Assembly (NCBI GenBank): GCA_034658655.1
Contig: JAYEFQ010000023.1
Coordinates: forward strand, 18,374 to 82,373
DNA length: 64,000 nt
From: Bacteroidota bacterium
GTDB taxonomy: Bacteria; Bacteroidota; Bacteroidia; Bacteroidales; ML635J-15
Reading direction: 5' to 3'
Shown: piece after piece, positions 31,815 to 44,132 of the stretch
Position numbering within the stretch: the stretch's first letter is position 1
Layout: each line of letters starts with the position of its first letter
Program-made: the position numbers and the translations under genes
The notes under the pieces: model-generated
What the model was told of the DNA's origin: nothing
The model's database searches: none
Seen by the model: the letters and a program-made list of their open reading frames with translations, nothing else

Positions 31815-31832
31815 AATTTAAGAAAATTAGAT

Positions 31833-32228
31833 ATGACAGATCCGATTGCAGATTATCTGACTAGAATCAGAAACGGCATCCAGGCAAAACATAGAGTAGT
31901 CGAAATTCCTGGATCTAACCTGAAAAGGGAAATGACTAAAGTCCTTTTTGATAAAGGTTATATCCTTAATTATAAATTTGAGGAAGCAGGACATCAAGGA
32001 CTCATTAAAATTGCTTTAAAATATCATCCGGAAACGAAAATTTCCGCAATTAAGAAACTAGAACGTATCAGCAGCCCAGGACTGAGAAAATATGTTAATA
32101 CCGATGACATTCCTAGAGTATTGAATGGATTAGGTGTGGCTATTTTGTCAACGTCTCATGGTGTAATGACTGACAAAGAAGCTAGAAAGCTTGAAGTCGG
32201 TGGCGAAGTTTTGTGTTACGTTTATTAA
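31833..32228 (+). CDS. rpsH: 30S ribosomal protein S8
   Basis: MTDPIADYLTRIRNG... Confidence 0.97.
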   Translation: MTDPIADYLTRIRNGIQAKHRVVEIPGSNLKREMTKVLFDKGYILNYKFEEAGHQGLIKIALKYHPETKISAIKKLERISSPGLRKYVNTDDIPRVLNGLGVAILSTSHGVMTDKEARKLEVGGEVLCYVY

Positions 32229-32240
32229 TATTTGTTTACC

Positions 32241-32792
32241 ATGTCTAGAATAGGGAAATTACCAATTCAAATACCACAGGGAGTAGATGTAACTGCCAAA
32301 GATAATCTTGTGACAGTTAAAGGACCCTTGGGTCAACTGGAACAGAAAGTGAATGATGAATTGAGCATCGAAGTGAGAGAAAACGAAATGGTTATCGATA
32401 GACCAGATGACTCCATTGAACATAAAGCTATGCACGGCCTATATAGATCACTTGTGTCAAATATGATACAAGGTGTCTCTGAGGGATTTTCAGCGCAGCT
32501 TGAACTCGTAGGAGTTGGTTATAAAGCTGAAAATCAGGGGCAATTAATTGATTTTAGCCTCGGATATTCACACCATATCTTTTTCCAACTTCCTGAAGAA
32601 GTTCAAGTTGAATGTAAAACTGAAAAACGATCCAATACTGTTGTGTCGCTTAAAAGCCATGACAAGCAATTGCTTGGACATGTTGTGGCGAAAATCAGAT
32701 CACTTAGACCTGTGGAGCCATACAAAGGAAAAGGAATTCGATTTGTCGGTGAAGTCGTACGTAAGAAAGCTGGTAAAACTGCTAGTGTCTAA
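32241..32792 (+). CDS. rplF: 50S ribosomal protein L6
   Basis: MSRIGKLPIQIPQGVDV. I prefer the ATG at 32241 over the track's TTG at 32232. Confidence 0.96.
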   Translation: MSRIGKLPIQIPQGVDVTAKDNLVTVKGPLGQLEQKVNDELSIEVRENEMVIDRPDDSIEHKAMHGLYRSLVSNMIQGVSEGFSAQLELVGVGYKAENQGQLIDFSLGYSHHIFFQLPEEVQVECKTEKRSNTVVSLKSHDKQLLGHVVAKIRSLRPVEPYKGKGIRFVGEVVRKKAGKTASV

Positions 32793-32810
32793 TCGTTTAA
32801 AATCTGAACC

Positions 32811-33167
32811 ATGTCTAAAAATAGAAAAGAAAAAAGAAATAAAATCCGTAAAAGTATCCGCAATAAAATTCAGGGTACTGAGGAAAAACCCCGTTTGGCG
32901 GTATTCCGGAGCAATAAACACATTATTGCACAGATTATTAACGACCAAAAAGGAAATTCGATGATTGCTGTCGCGACTAGCGATAAAGAATTTGCTGATG
33001 AAAAAGCTAAAAAATCTGAACTCGCAAGAATAGCGGGCGAAGCATTAGCTAAAAAAGCAGTGGAAGCAGGAATTAATCAGGTCGTTTTTGATCGTGGAGG
33101 TTATCAGTATCATGGTCGTGTGAAAGCATTTGCTGAAGGCGCCAGAAAAGGTGGACTAAAATTTTAA
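32811..33167 (+). CDS. rplR: 50S ribosomal protein L18
   Basis: ...RLAVFRSNKHIIAQIINDQ...VVFDRGGYQYHGRVKAFAEGAR. Confidence 0.96.
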   Translation: MSKNRKEKRNKIRKSIRNKIQGTEEKPRLAVFRSNKHIIAQIINDQKGNSMIAVATSDKEFADEKAKKSELARIAGEALAKKAVEAGINQVVFDRGGYQYHGRVKAFAEGARKGGLKF

Positions 33168-33173
33168 GCTATT

Positions 33174-33689
33174 ATGTCAAATAACGTAAGAAAAGTTAAA
33201 GCGAGTGATCTCGAATTAAAAGACAGACTAGTTGCAATTAATCGTGTAGCTAAAGTAACTAAGGGTGGACGTAATTTTACCTTTGCTGCTATTGTTGTCG
33301 TTGGTAACGAAGACGGTATTGTCGGTCACGGACTAGGAAAAGCAGGAGAAGTAACCTCTGCTATTGAAAAAGCAGTTGATGATGCGAAGAAAAATCTGGT
33401 TAAAGTGCCGATTTATAATAATACAATTCCACACGAACAAACTGGGAAATACTCTGGGGCTAAAGTTTGGTTAAAACCAGCTTCTGATGGTACCGGTGTA
33501 ATAGCTGGGGGTGCGATGCGCGCTGTCCTTGAAAGTGTCGGAATTAAAGATGTCCTCGCAAAATCTAAAGGGTCATCAAATCCACATAACCTCGTGAAAG
33601 CTACGATGAATGCATTACTCGAAATGAGAGATGCATATACTGTCGCAGAACATCGTGGAGTATCTCTCGAAAAAGTGTTTAATGGTTAA
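33174..33689 (+). CDS. rpsE: 30S ribosomal protein S5
   Basis: ...[24 protein letters not shown]... Confidence 0.97.
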   Translation: MSNNVRKVKASDLELKDRLVAINRVAKVTKGGRNFTFAAIVVVGNEDGIVGHGLGKAGEVTSAIEKAVDDAKKNLVKVPIYNNTIPHEQTGKYSGAKVWLKPASDGTGVIAGGAMRAVLESVGIKDVLAKSKGSSNPHNLVKATMNALLEMRDAYTVAEHRGVSLEKVFNG

Positions 33690-33700
33690 TGATTTAAGAC

Positions 33701-33883
33701 ATGGCGAAAGTTAAAATTACTCAAACAAAAAGCGCTATCGGTTACGATAAGCGACAAAAAAACACCCTCATTGCATTGGGGATTAAAAAAATGAACCAGA
33801 CTGTTGAGCATGAAGCAACTCCACAGATTCTGGGAATGGCTAAAAAAGTGAGCCATTTAGTGAAAATTGAAAATGTTAAATAA
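33701..33883 (+). CDS. rpmD: 50S ribosomal protein L30
   Basis: MAKVKITQTKSAIGYDKRQKNTLIALG. Confidence 0.94.
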   Translation: MAKVKITQTKSAIGYDKRQKNTLIALGIKKMNQTVEHEATPQILGMAKKVSHLVKIENVK

Positions 33884-33901
33884 GTTTAAGCAATTATTGA
33901 T

Positions 33902-34351
33902 ATGGATTTAAGTTCATTAAAACCGGCTGAAGGATCAGTGAAAAGAGAAGGAAAACGCGTTGGACGTGGTCAAGGATCAGGTAAAGGTGGTACCTCTACT
34001 CGTGGACATAAAGGTGCTAGGTCTAGATCAGGTTATTCCCGTAAGTCTGGTTTTGAGGGTGGACAAATGCCACTCCAAAGAACTAGCCCAAAATATGGGT
34101 TTAATAATAGAAATAGTGTCGTGTTTACAGGAGTTAATATTTCTAAAATTCACAAAATCGCTGAAGATAATAAACTCGAAGTAATCGACTTTGAAACTTT
34201 AGTTGATTTTGGACTCGCTAAACGAAACGAACTAATTAAAATTCTTGGAAATGGAGATTTGTCTGTGAAAGTTAATGTTAAAGCACACGCTTTCTCTAAA
34301 TCAGCCGTTGAAAAAATTGAAGCACAGGGTGGAACCGTTGAAAAATACTAA
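33902..34351 (+). CDS. rplO: 50S ribosomal protein L15
   Basis: ...GRGQGSGKGGTSTRGHKGARSRSG... Confidence 0.96.
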   Translation: MDLSSLKPAEGSVKREGKRVGRGQGSGKGGTSTRGHKGARSRSGYSRKSGFEGGQMPLQRTSPKYGFNNRNSVVFTGVNISKIHKIAEDNKLEVIDFETLVDFGLAKRNELIKILGNGDLSVKVNVKAHAFSKSAVEKIEAQGGTVEKY

Positions 34352-34353
34352 GG

Positions 34354-35694
34354 ATGAAAAAATTTATTGAGACCTTAAAAAATATTTGGCGTATTGAAGA
34401 GTTGCGTAAGCGTATTTTAACAACGCTAGGGCTAATTCTAATTTATAGGCTTGGAGCACATGTTGTGATCCCAGGAATTGATCCAAACATGTTGGCTAAC
34501 TTGCAAAACCAAACATCATCTGGTGTTTTGGGTTTGCTTGATATGTTCTCTGGGGGTGCATTCTCTAACGCATCAGTTTTTGGTCTTGGTATTATGCCTT
34601 ATATCTCCGCATCTATTGTCGTTCAGTTGCTTGGAATCGCAGTGCCGTATTTCCAAAAAATGCAGCGTGAAGGAGAAAGTGGAAGAAGAAAAATTAACCA
34701 AATTACTCGATACCTTACTGTTGGTATTTTGGTATTGCAAGCTCCATCATATATGGCAAACTTGCATGTACAACTTCCTCCCGAAGCATTCGCATATTCA
34801 GGTTTCTTATTTAACCTTAGCTCTGTATTGATTCTTACTGCCGGAACGATGTTCGTGATGTGGCTTGGAGAGCGTATTACCGATAAAGGAATTGGTAATG
34901 GAATTTCATTAATAATTATGATTGGAATTATTGCAAGACTACCAGGTTCATTTGTCGCTGAAATTGTTTCACGTGCTACTGGACAAGCAGGTGGTTTGAT
35001 TATGTTGCTTTTGGAAATCGTAATTCTTTTTGTTATCTTTATGGTATCAATTGCATTGGTACAAGCGGTAAGACGAATTCCGGTTCAGTATGCAAAACGC
35101 GTTGTTGGAAACAGACAGTATGGTGGTGTACGTCAATACATCCCATTAAAAGTTAATGCTGCAGGTGTTATGCCAATCATTTTTGCTCAAGCACTTATGT
35201 TTGTGCCAATGATGTTTGCAGGATTTCAAGCGGAAGGTGAAGTCAGTAAATTTGCTCTCGCTTTTGCTGATTATACCGGATTTTGGTATAACTTTGTATT
35301 TGCAATTATGATTATTCTTTTTACTTATTTCTATACAGCTGTTACTGTCAATCCAACACAAATGGCTGAGGATATGAAAAAGAATGGTGGGTTTGTGCCT
35401 GGTGTGAAACCTGGAAAGCGAACCGTTGAGTTTATTGATAATATTATGTCACGAATTACATTGCCAGGATCTATGTTTCTTGCTATTGTGGCAATTTTAC
35501 CCGCTTTCGCAATGTTAGCTGGAGTTAACAATCAATTTGCTCAGTTTTTTGGTGGAACATCGTTGCTAATTCTTGTTGGGGTAGTACTTGACACTTTGCA
35601 GCAGATTGAAAGCCATTTGTTAATGCGCCATTACGACGGATTAACCAAGTCAGGAAAAATTAAAGGTAGAGGACAGACTGTTTCTGCACTCTAA
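34354..35694 (+). CDS. secY: preprotein translocase subunit SecY
   Basis: ...LGIMPYISASIVVQLL...WLGERITDKGIGNGISLII... Confidence 0.97.
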   Translation: MKKFIETLKNIWRIEELRKRILTTLGLILIYRLGAHVVIPGIDPNMLANLQNQTSSGVLGLLDMFSGGAFSNASVFGLGIMPYISASIVVQLLGIAVPYFQKMQREGESGRRKINQITRYLTVGILVLQAPSYMANLHVQLPPEAFAYSGFLFNLSSVLILTAGTMFVMWLGERITDKGIGNGISLIIMIGIIARLPGSFVAEIVSRATGQAGGLIMLLLEIVILFVIFMVSIALVQAVRRIPVQYAKRVVGNRQYGGVRQYIPLKVNAAGVMPIIFAQALMFVPMMFAGFQAEGEVSKFALAFADYTGFWYNFVFAIMIILFTYFYTAVTVNPTQMAEDMKKNGGFVPGVKPGKRTVEFIDNIMSRITLPGSMFLAIVAILPAFAMLAGVNNQFAQFFGGTSLLILVGVVLDTLQQIESHLLMRHYDGLTKSGKIKGRGQTVSAL

Positions 35695-35717
35695 ATAAAT
35701 AATATAAACGTTCTTTG

Positions 35718-36500
35718 ATGATATATTTGAAAACAGCAGAAGAAATTGAATTAATGCGTGAAAGTAATCGCTTAGTGTCTATGACACATGCAGAGATTGC
35801 AAAACATATTAAGATTGGAATTTCAACTCTCGAAATTAATAAAATTGCACATGAGTTTATTAGTGATCATGGTGCAGTTCCTGGTTTCTTGAATTATAGC
35901 GGATTTCCCAAGTCAGTTTGTATCTCTGTAAATGATGTCGTTGTACACGGAATTCCTAACGATTATCGATTGCAAGATGGTGACATTGTTTCAGTTGATA
36001 TCGGTGCCTATAAAAATGGAATGCATGGTGATTCATGCTATACATTTGAAATTGGAAATGTGGATGAAAATGTACGAAAATTACTTCGTGTTACCCGTGA
36101 ATCGCTTTACAAAGGAATTGAAAAAGTTATTGCAGGAAATCGAATTGGAGATATCGGACATGCTGTTCAAAAGCATGCAGAAAGCTTTGGCTTTGGGGTA
36201 GTAAGAGAGCTTGTCGGACATGGAATCGGAAGGGATTTACATGAAAGTCCTGAAGTTCCAAATTATGGACGACAAGGAACTGGGCCAAAACTGGATGCTG
36301 GAATGTGTATCGCTATTGAGCCGATGATTACTTTCGGCAAACGCTTTATTAAGCAAGAGGATGATGGCTGGACAATTCGTACCGCGGATCATAAACCTGC
36401 CGCACATTTTGAACATACTATGGCGATAACAAATGGAAAAGCAGATATATTATCAGATTTTAGTATAATTGATGAAGCATTAAAACTTAAACAAAAATAA
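35718..36500 (+). CDS. map: type I methionine aminopeptidase
   Basis: ...VVHGIP...DIVSVDIG...GHGIG...IEPM... metal-ligand blocks. I prefer the ATG at 35718. Confidence 0.95.
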   Translation: MIYLKTAEEIELMRESNRLVSMTHAEIAKHIKIGISTLEINKIAHEFISDHGAVPGFLNYSGFPKSVCISVNDVVVHGIPNDYRLQDGDIVSVDIGAYKNGMHGDSCYTFEIGNVDENVRKLLRVTRESLYKGIEKVIAGNRIGDIGHAVQKHAESFGFGVVRELVGHGIGRDLHESPEVPNYGRQGTGPKLDAGMCIAIEPMITFGKRFIKQEDDGWTIRTADHKPAAHFEHTMAITNGKADILSDFSIIDEALKLKQK

Positions 36501-36501
36501 T

Positions 36502-36720
36502 ATGGCAAAACAAGCATCGATAGAGCAAGATGGAACAATTATAGAAGCATTGTCAAATGCAATGTTTCGTGTTGAATTGGAAAACGGGCACATCTTGACC
36601 GCTCATATTTCTGGAAAGATGCGTATGCATTATATTAAAATTTTACCTGGAGATAAAGTGAAAGTTGAAATGTCTCCATATGATTTGTCAAAAGGAAGAA
36701 TAACATTTAGATATAAATAG
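36502..36720 (+). CDS. infA: translation initiation factor IF-1
   Basis: [30 protein letters not shown]... Confidence 0.97.
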   Translation: MAKQASIEQDGTIIEALSNAMFRVELENGHILTAHISGKMRMHYIKILPGDKVKVEMSPYDLSKGRITFRYK

Positions 36721-36734
36721 TAAGAGAAATTATT

Positions 36735-36851
36735 ATGAAAGTCAAAGCATCAGTCAAAAAACGCAGCGCAGACTGTAAAATAGTGAAACGTAAAGGACGT
36801 CTTTACGTGATTAATAAGAAAAACCCTAAGTTTAAATTACGTCAGGGATAA
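36735..36851 (+). CDS. rpmJ: 50S ribosomal protein L36
   Basis: Not in the ORF track because it is under 60 aa. My translation is [38 protein letters not shown], with a stop at 36849-36851. Sits in the conserved slot between infA and rpsM. Confidence 0.93.
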   Translation: MKVKASVKKRSADCKIVKRKGRLYVINKKNPKFKLRQG

Positions 36852-36878
36852 TTTTAATTTTTAAAATCATTTAAGCAT

Positions 36879-37247
36879 ATGGCAAGAATCGCTGGTGTTG
36901 ACATACCAAACAATAAACGAGGTGAAATCGCATTAACCTATGTTTACGGAATCGGAAAAAGCCGCTCTCAGGAAATTCTGGATAAAGCGGGTGTAGAGCG
37001 AAACATCAAAGTAAGTGACTGGGACGATGAAATTTTGTCCAAAATTCGTGCTGAAATTGAAAATTACAGTGTCGAAGGAGAACTCAGATCACGTGTACAA
37101 ACTGATATTAAACGTTTGCAAGACATCGGTTCATACCGTGGAATCAGACATCGTATCGGGTTGCCATTACGTGGACAGCATACGAAAAATAATGCGCGCT
37201 CTCGTCGTGGGAAAAAGAAAACCATCGCTAATAAAAAGAAAGTTTAG
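36879..37247 (+). CDS. rpsM: 30S ribosomal protein S13
   Basis: [14 protein letters not shown]... Confidence 0.97.
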   Translation: MARIAGVDIPNNKRGEIALTYVYGIGKSRSQEILDKAGVERNIKVSDWDDEILSKIRAEIENYSVEGELRSRVQTDIKRLQDIGSYRGIRHRIGLPLRGQHTKNNARSRRGKKKTIANKKKV

Positions 37248-37265
37248 TTTAAATAATAATCGTCT

Positions 37266-37658
37266 ATGGCAAAGAAAAAGACAAAAGTTACCAGGAAACG
37301 GGTGGTTAAAGTGGAGGCAAATGGGCAATTGCACATTCATTCCTCCTTTAATAATATTATTGTGACCCTGACGAATGCGGATGGTCAAGTTATTTCATGG
37401 TCATCATCTGGAAAACGTGGATTCCGTGGTAGTAAGAAAAATACTCCATACGCAGCTCAAATGGCTGCTGAAGATTGTGCGAAAGTAGCTTATGATGGCG
37501 GATTACGTAAAGTTAAGGCTTATGTAAAAGGTCCTGGTTCAGGACGCGAGTCTGCTATCAGAGCAGTACATAACTCAGGAATTGAAGTAACTGAAATTAT
37601 TGACGTTACCCCATTACCGCACAATGGATGTAGACCATCAAAACGTAGAAGAGTGTAA
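37266..37658 (+). CDS. rpsK: 30S ribosomal protein S11
   Basis: ...[17 protein letters not shown]...[13 protein letters not shown]. Confidence 0.97.
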   Translation: MAKKKTKVTRKRVVKVEANGQLHIHSSFNNIIVTLTNADGQVISWSSSGKRGFRGSKKNTPYAAQMAAEDCAKVAYDGGLRKVKAYVKGPGSGRESAIRAVHNSGIEVTEIIDVTPLPHNGCRPSKRRRV

Positions 37659-37677
37659 TCATTTTAATCGTAAATTC

Positions 37678-38286
37678 ATGGCAAGATATAGAGGACCAAA
37701 AACAAAAATCGCCAGAAAATTGGGTGAACCCATTTATGGCCCGGATAAATATTTCGAAAAGAAAAATTTTCCACCGGGACAACATGGTAATAACCGTAGA
37801 AGACGCAAAGTCTCTGAATATGGTGTGCAATTAAAAGAAAAACAAAAAGCAAAATATACTTACGGAGTGCTTGAAAAACAGTTTTTAAACTTGTTTGAAA
37901 AAGCTTCTAGTATGAAAGGTGTTACCGGTGTGGTATTATTGCAATTGCTCGAGTCAAGACTCGATAACGTTGTGTTCCGCCTCGGAATTGCACCAACTAG
38001 ACAGGCAGCCAGACAACTCGTGGCTCATAGACATATCATTGTTAATGGTGTCCTGACTAATATCCCATCTTTTAGAGTAAAACCAGGGGATATCGTAAGT
38101 GTAAGAGAAAGATCAAAATCGCTTGAAATCATTACAGAATCTCTCAATGGGGCTAACCATGGGAAATATTCTTGGATCGAGTGGGATAATGATCAGATGT
38201 CCGGAAAATTCCTTAATACTCCTGAACGTGAGGAAATTCCCGAAAACATCGAAGAGCAGTTAATCGTTGAATTGTATTCAAAATAA
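37678..38286 (+). CDS. rpsD: 30S ribosomal protein S4
   Basis: [17 protein letters not shown] use the ATG at 37678; the track ORF begins upstream at 37600, inside rpsK. Confidence 0.96.
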   Translation: MARYRGPKTKIARKLGEPIYGPDKYFEKKNFPPGQHGNNRRRRKVSEYGVQLKEKQKAKYTYGVLEKQFLNLFEKASSMKGVTGVVLLQLLESRLDNVVFRLGIAPTRQAARQLVAHRHIIVNGVLTNIPSFRVKPGDIVSVRERSKSLEIITESLNGANHGKYSWIEWDNDQMSGKFLNTPEREEIPENIEEQLIVELYSK

Positions 38287-38303
38287 TCAATAACCTGATT
38301 TGT

Positions 38304-39296
38304 ATGTCAATTTTAGCTTTCCAAAAACCGGACAAAGTCGTTATGCTTGATGCAGACGAAATGCACGGTAAATTTGAATTTAGACCACTGGAACCGGGAT
38401 ACGGTGTGACTGTTGGTAATGCCCTCAGACGCATCCTCCTATCTTCATTGGAAGGATTCGCAATTACTCATATTAAGATTGAAGGCGTCGATCATGAATT
38501 CTCTACTATTAAAGGAGTCATGGAAGATGTTGCTGAAATCGTTTTGCAATTGAAACAAGTGCGTTTTAAACAACAGATTGAAGATTTTGACGGTGAAAAA
38601 GTTACTGTTATAATCTCTGGACAAGATGTGTTTAAAGCTGGTGATATCGGTAAATTTCTGACCGGATTTAAAATTTTAAATCCCGATTTGGAAATTTCCC
38701 ATATGGAGCCGAATGTAACACTTAAGATTGATTTTACAATTGCTAAGGGTAGAGGTTATTTATCACCAGAAGAAAATGAAATAGAAGACGATGAAATTGG
38801 TAGCATCGCAATAGGTTCGGTGTTTACGCCAATTAAAAATGTGAAATATAGTGTCGAAAACATGAGGGTGGAACAAAAAACCGATTATGAAAAACTCATC
38901 TTCGATATTGATACCGATGGGTCTATTCACCCGAAAGATGCACTTAAAGAAGCTGCCAAAATCTTAATCTATCATTTTATGCTCTTTAGTGATGAGAAAA
39001 TTACGCTCGACACCGAAGAATCTTACGAAAATGAAGAGTTCGATGAGGAAGTATTGCATATGAGACAATTACTTAAAACACGATTGGTCGATCTAGATTT
39101 GTCGGTCCGTGCACTTAATTGCCTCAAAGCTGCTGATGTCGATACGCTCGGAGAGCTAGTACAGCATAATAAAAACGACTTGCTAAAGTTTAGAAATTTT
39201 GGTAAAAAATCACTGACAGAACTTGAGGATCTGCTTAGTAATTTGAAGCTGAACTTTGGGCTCGATATTTCAAAATATAAGTTGGATAAGGAATAA
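38304..39296 (+). CDS. rpoA: DNA-directed RNA polymerase subunit alpha
   Basis: ...[20 protein letters not shown]...[21 protein letters not shown]. Confidence 0.97.
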   Translation: MSILAFQKPDKVVMLDADEMHGKFEFRPLEPGYGVTVGNALRRILLSSLEGFAITHIKIEGVDHEFSTIKGVMEDVAEIVLQLKQVRFKQQIEDFDGEKVTVIISGQDVFKAGDIGKFLTGFKILNPDLEISHMEPNVTLKIDFTIAKGRGYLSPEENEIEDDEIGSIAIGSVFTPIKNVKYSVENMRVEQKTDYEKLIFDIDTDGSIHPKDALKEAAKILIYHFMLFSDEKITLDTEESYENEEFDEEVLHMRQLLKTRLVDLDLSVRALNCLKAADVDTLGELVQHNKNDLLKFRNFGKKSLTELEDLLSNLKLNFGLDISKYKLDKE

Positions 39297-39307
39297 ATTG
39301 ATTCGCG

Positions 39308-39961
39308 ATGAGACACATAAAATCATTCAACCATTTAGGTAGAAAAAAAGCACATAGAAAAGCAATGCTGTCAAATATGGCAGCCTCACTAATTATGCAT
39401 AAACGCATTAATACTACAGTCGCTAAAGCTAAAGCACTTAAAGTATTCGTTGAGCCGCTAATTACTCGTGCTAAAGAAGATACAACACATAACAGAAGAG
39501 TCGTTTTTAGATCACTTCAAAATAAAGATGCAGTTTCTGAACTCTTTCGTCAGATTTCAGTCAAAGTGGCCGATCGTCAAGGTGGATACACTCGTATCCT
39601 GAAAATTGGTGCTAGACTTGGAGATAACGCTGAAATGTGTATTATTGAACTCGTTGATTATAACGAAAATATGCTTACTGCTAAAGAAACCGGTACAAAG
39701 AAAAAACGTACACGTCGTGGACGTAGTGGTTCAGGAAGCGATGTTAAACAAACAAAAGTTGAAAAATCGCCGGCTGCTGAAGCTAAAGAAGATCCAAAAC
39801 AAAAAAACGTAGAGGAAACTCTTAAAGCTGAGAAAGCTGAACCTGCAAAGGCTGAAAAAACTGAGGGAAAAACTGAAAAAGTACCTGAGAAAGAAGTAAA
39901 AGCAGAAAAGGAAGTAAAGAATGCTGAAGAAAAACCAGAAGACGACAATGAGAAAAAGTAA
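39308..39961 (+). CDS. rplQ: 50S ribosomal protein L17 with a ~98-aa K/E/A-rich C-terminal extension
   Basis: [25 protein letters not shown]...[19 protein letters not shown], then the low-complexity tail [31 protein letters not shown]... Confidence 0.95.
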   Translation: MRHIKSFNHLGRKKAHRKAMLSNMAASLIMHKRINTTVAKAKALKVFVEPLITRAKEDTTHNRRVVFRSLQNKDAVSELFRQISVKVADRQGGYTRILKIGARLGDNAEMCIIELVDYNENMLTAKETGTKKKRTRRGRSGSGSDVKQTKVEKSPAAEAKEDPKQKNVEETLKAEKAEPAKAEKTEGKTEKVPEKEVKAEKEVKNAEEKPEDDNEKK

Positions 39962-39984
39962 TTATTAAACTATAAATTTTAATG

Positions 39985-40009
39985 GGGGAGTTTTGTACTC
40001 CCCTTTTTT
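39985..40009 (+). terminator. intrinsic terminator of the ribosomal superoperon
   Basis: ggggagt (39985-39991) pairs with actcccc (39997-40003), followed by tttttt. Confidence 0.8.
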
Positions 40010-40103
40010 ATTTGTATTTTACATCAGTATTAATTAAAATGTTCAGTTTCAGAACAATTCTTTAGACTGGACTCATTAAAAATGATAACTTTAAATATAG
40101 TAA

Positions 40104-41393
<1,290 letters not shown>

Positions 41394-41417
41394 AAATATT
41401 GATTCTAAAATGATGAA

Positions 41418-41441
41418 GCTCGGTAATACCGGGCTTTTTTT
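41418..41441. terminator. stem-loop plus T-run after eno, shared with the convergent gene
   Basis: gctcggta pairs with taccgggc (one G-U pair), followed by ttttttt. Confidence 0.6.
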
Positions 41442-42240
41442 ATGTTAAACCCGGTCTGTTTTTGAAATGATCAAATAACGCTAAATCATCATCTGAATAT
41501 TGAGTCTCAAAAATTGACTTCCCGGCAATCCAATCATCAGCTGCCTTTTCGTTTTCTAAAGCAACAAAAAGCGCATCTTCAAATTTTAATGATTGCACCT
41601 TTAATTGTTTGTTTGCGAAATATTGATTGAAACCCTCACAATACGCCCTCCCTACTTGTAAAGGCAAGTCATATAGCTTTGCAAACAGGGTGTCATTTTT
41701 GGGATTTTCATGTTGAATAATGCATGATTTAACATCGCCTGAAAGGTATATGCGACAGGCTACCGGACGATACGCATGCATAATACAGCTTCCGTTCTTT
41801 TCATCAAGTAGTGGACAGGCGTGTCGATAGCTTAGGTATTCAGATGCTGTCATTTCTGATGTGGCTTCTTTCTTCTTTAAAACACGATGCATTATTTCAG
41901 ATTGTACTTGCTCTGATAAATGTTTTTTAATGTTATCTGCAAGATAAATTGCTTCAAATGGACTCATGAAAACCGCTTGGTAGCAACAACTCGCACAACC
42001 AGATTTACAATCAATTTTTTTGTTTTGTTGCTTTACAAAATCTTCAAATTGCGTTAAGAAGCCATCCAAGTATGCATAAAAATAATGACTCGCATCATAC
42101 AGCTTGAATTTTGTAATACCAATAGATTTGAATGATTTTTTAGCAATATTGCCGGCATCGTTGAAAAATTGCTGCTTCAGTTTAGCAATAAAATCAGATT
42201 GACTTGTCATGGAATAAGTGTATGTTGATATCTTTGTCAA
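41440..42240 (-). CDS. YkgJ-family cysteine-cluster protein (CxxCxxCC type)
   Basis: CKSGCASCCYQ ... CPLLDEKNGSCIMHAYRPVACRIY. Confidence 0.75.
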   Translation of the reverse strand: MTKISTYTYSMTSQSDFIAKLKQQFFNDAGNIAKKSFKSIGITKFKLYDASHYFYAYLDGFLTQFEDFVKQQNKKIDCKSGCASCCYQAVFMSPFEAIYLADNIKKHLSEQVQSEIMHRVLKKKEATSEMTASEYLSYRHACPLLDEKNGSCIMHAYRPVACRIYLSGDVKSCIIQHENPKNDTLFAKLYDLPLQVGRAYCEGFNQYFANKQLKVQSLKFEDALFVALENEKAADDWIAGKSIFETQYSDDDLALFDHFKNRPGLT

Positions 42241-42290
42241 GATACAAAATTAACTTGTATTATTCTTTGTTATTTTCACTAGCACGTACA

Positions 42291-42298
42291 TATCTTTG
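42291..42298 (+). promoter_or_regulatory. candidate -7 box (TATCTTTG)
   Basis: TAnnTTTG match 32 nt upstream of the ATG at 42331. Confidence 0.4.
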
Positions 42299-42330
42299 CT
42301 TTTTTATATCTTTATGACAAAATACAGTGT

Positions 42331-44109
42331 ATGAAAAATTTAACATTGCAAATATGGATTGACGAGTTGGAGCAGCAAGGGGAGCTACTGCGGATTAAGA
42401 AAGCAGTGTCGGTGAATCAGGAAATACCTGAAATTGCTGATAGAATGATGAAGAAATATCAAGGGGGAAAAGCGTTATTATTTGAGAATACCGGTACGAA
42501 ATTTCCTGTACTGATTAATGCATATGGTTCTGAAAATCGCATTAACGCTGTGTTTGGAAATAAACAACCTGATGCAGTGTTTCCTGAATTATTTTCTATT
42601 TCGGAGTTCCTTCAAGGGAAATCATCTAAAGGAAAAAAACTCTCTGAATTATGGAAACAACGTAAGCTATTGAAAATATTCCCCAAATTGCAAAAATCAA
42701 GTGGGTTGTGTCAGGAAGCTGTAACTCTTAATCCGAATTTGAATGAGTTGCCGATTTTGCAATCATGGCCGCACGATTCGGCACCCTTTGTTACTTTGCC
42801 TATGGTATTTACACAGCATCCGGAAACCCGACAACGTAATATTGGAATGTACCGTATGCAGGTTTTTAATGAAAACACGACAGGCATGCATTGGCATAGA
42901 CATAAGGGAGGTGCTGCTCATTTTTCTGCGTGGAAAGATAAAGGAGAAAAAATGCCGGTCGCCGTTGTGCTTGGCGGAGATCCATTATACACCTATCTGG
43001 CAACTGCCCCACTTCCAGAGGGCATTGATGAACTTCTTTTTTGTGGATTAATTCGTCGGAAGCCAGTGAAACTTGTGAAATGTAAAACTCAGGATATTGA
43101 AGTTCCTGCCGATGCGGATATTGTCATCGAAGGTTATATAGATCCAAATGAACAGCTCATTGATGAAGGCCCCTTTGGTGATCACACCGGCTTTTATTCG
43201 CTGACAGATAAATATCCTAAATTTCATGTAACGGCAATTACGCATAAAAAGAACGCAGTTTATCCTGCAACGATTGTAGGTATTCCACCCATGGAGGATG
43301 TGTATTTCGGAATGGCAACCGAGCGATTGTTTAAACCAGCAATTAAAATGGCAATTGCACCCGAATTGATTGATTTCCATTTGCCTGCTGAAGGGGTTGC
43401 TCATAATTTGGTGTTGCTAAAGGTGCGAAATAATTATCCCGGGGTTGTTACGAAAACAATGTATTCCTTGCTGGGTGCTGGGCAAATGATGTTTTCTAAG
43501 ATTTTAATTGCATTGCCTGAATCTATAGATTTGACAAATTATAAGGTGGTATTAAATCATTTTGCAAATAATATTCATCCTGATGCGTTTACCATTTCAA
43601 CCGGCCCGGCTGACGAATTAGAGCATGCTTCTCCGCAACTTGTGTTTGGTGGAAAATGTATGATTGACTTAAGTGAAGCACGAAATCAGGATAAATTACA
43701 AATCCGTAAAGGTGAAAATTTGCTGAATTATGGTCGTGTATCGGTGATGGCTTCCCCTATAGCAGAAAAGCCCGATAATATTCATCCCGAGTGCACATTG
43801 TTGATATGGGTTGATTATCCTGAATTATTTCAAGATATTAATTTGTTGCTTTGGTGGATTTTAGCAAATACTGATCCGAAAAGGGATATTCGAAGAGAGG
43901 GGAATCAAATTTTATGGGATGCACGACATATTGCAGAAGAAAAGCAAAAACATCGTGAATGGCCAAACCCTGTGGTCTCTTCTGATGAGATAATCAAATA
44001 TGTTGATACCCAGTGGGAGGAATATGAAATTGGGGATTTCATTAAATCTCCCTCATTAAAAGCCAAAAGATTTGTTAAAAATTATGGTGCTAGTCTGAAA
44101 ATTGATTAG
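42331..44109 (+). CDS. UbiD-family (prenylated-FMN dependent) decarboxylase, menaquinone/ubiquinone-type
   Basis: ...NIGMYRMQVFNENTTGMHWHRHKGGAAHF...EGPFGDHTGFYS... Confidence 0.85.
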   Translation: MKNLTLQIWIDELEQQGELLRIKKAVSVNQEIPEIADRMMKKYQGGKALLFENTGTKFPVLINAYGSENRINAVFGNKQPDAVFPELFSISEFLQGKSSKGKKLSELWKQRKLLKIFPKLQKSSGLCQEAVTLNPNLNELPILQSWPHDSAPFVTLPMVFTQHPETRQRNIGMYRMQVFNENTTGMHWHRHKGGAAHFSAWKDKGEKMPVAVVLGGDPLYTYLATAPLPEGIDELLFCGLIRRKPVKLVKCKTQDIEVPADADIVIEGYIDPNEQLIDEGPFGDHTGFYSLTDKYPKFHVTAITHKKNAVYPATIVGIPPMEDVYFGMATERLFKPAIKMAIAPELIDFHLPAEGVAHNLVLLKVRNNYPGVVTKTMYSLLGAGQMMFSKILIALPESIDLTNYKVVLNHFANNIHPDAFTISTGPADELEHASPQLVFGGKCMIDLSEARNQDKLQIRKGENLLNYGRVSVMASPIAEKPDNIHPECTLLIWVDYPELFQDINLLLWWILANTDPKRDIRREGNQILWDARHIAEEKQKHREWPNPVVSSDEIIKYVDTQWEEYEIGDFIKSPSLKAKRFVKNYGASLKID

Positions 44110-44132
44110 TTTTATTCAAAATTATTCATGCC

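Noticed and set aside
37600-37677. Upstream extension of rpsD, and the TTG starts of fusA (23080), rplX (30652), rplF (32232), map (35715), the lipid kinase (50886) and the TetR gene (7478)
   Set aside because: In each case a nearby in-frame ATG gives the canonical N-terminus of the family. The longer version overlaps the preceding gene or adds non-homologous residues.
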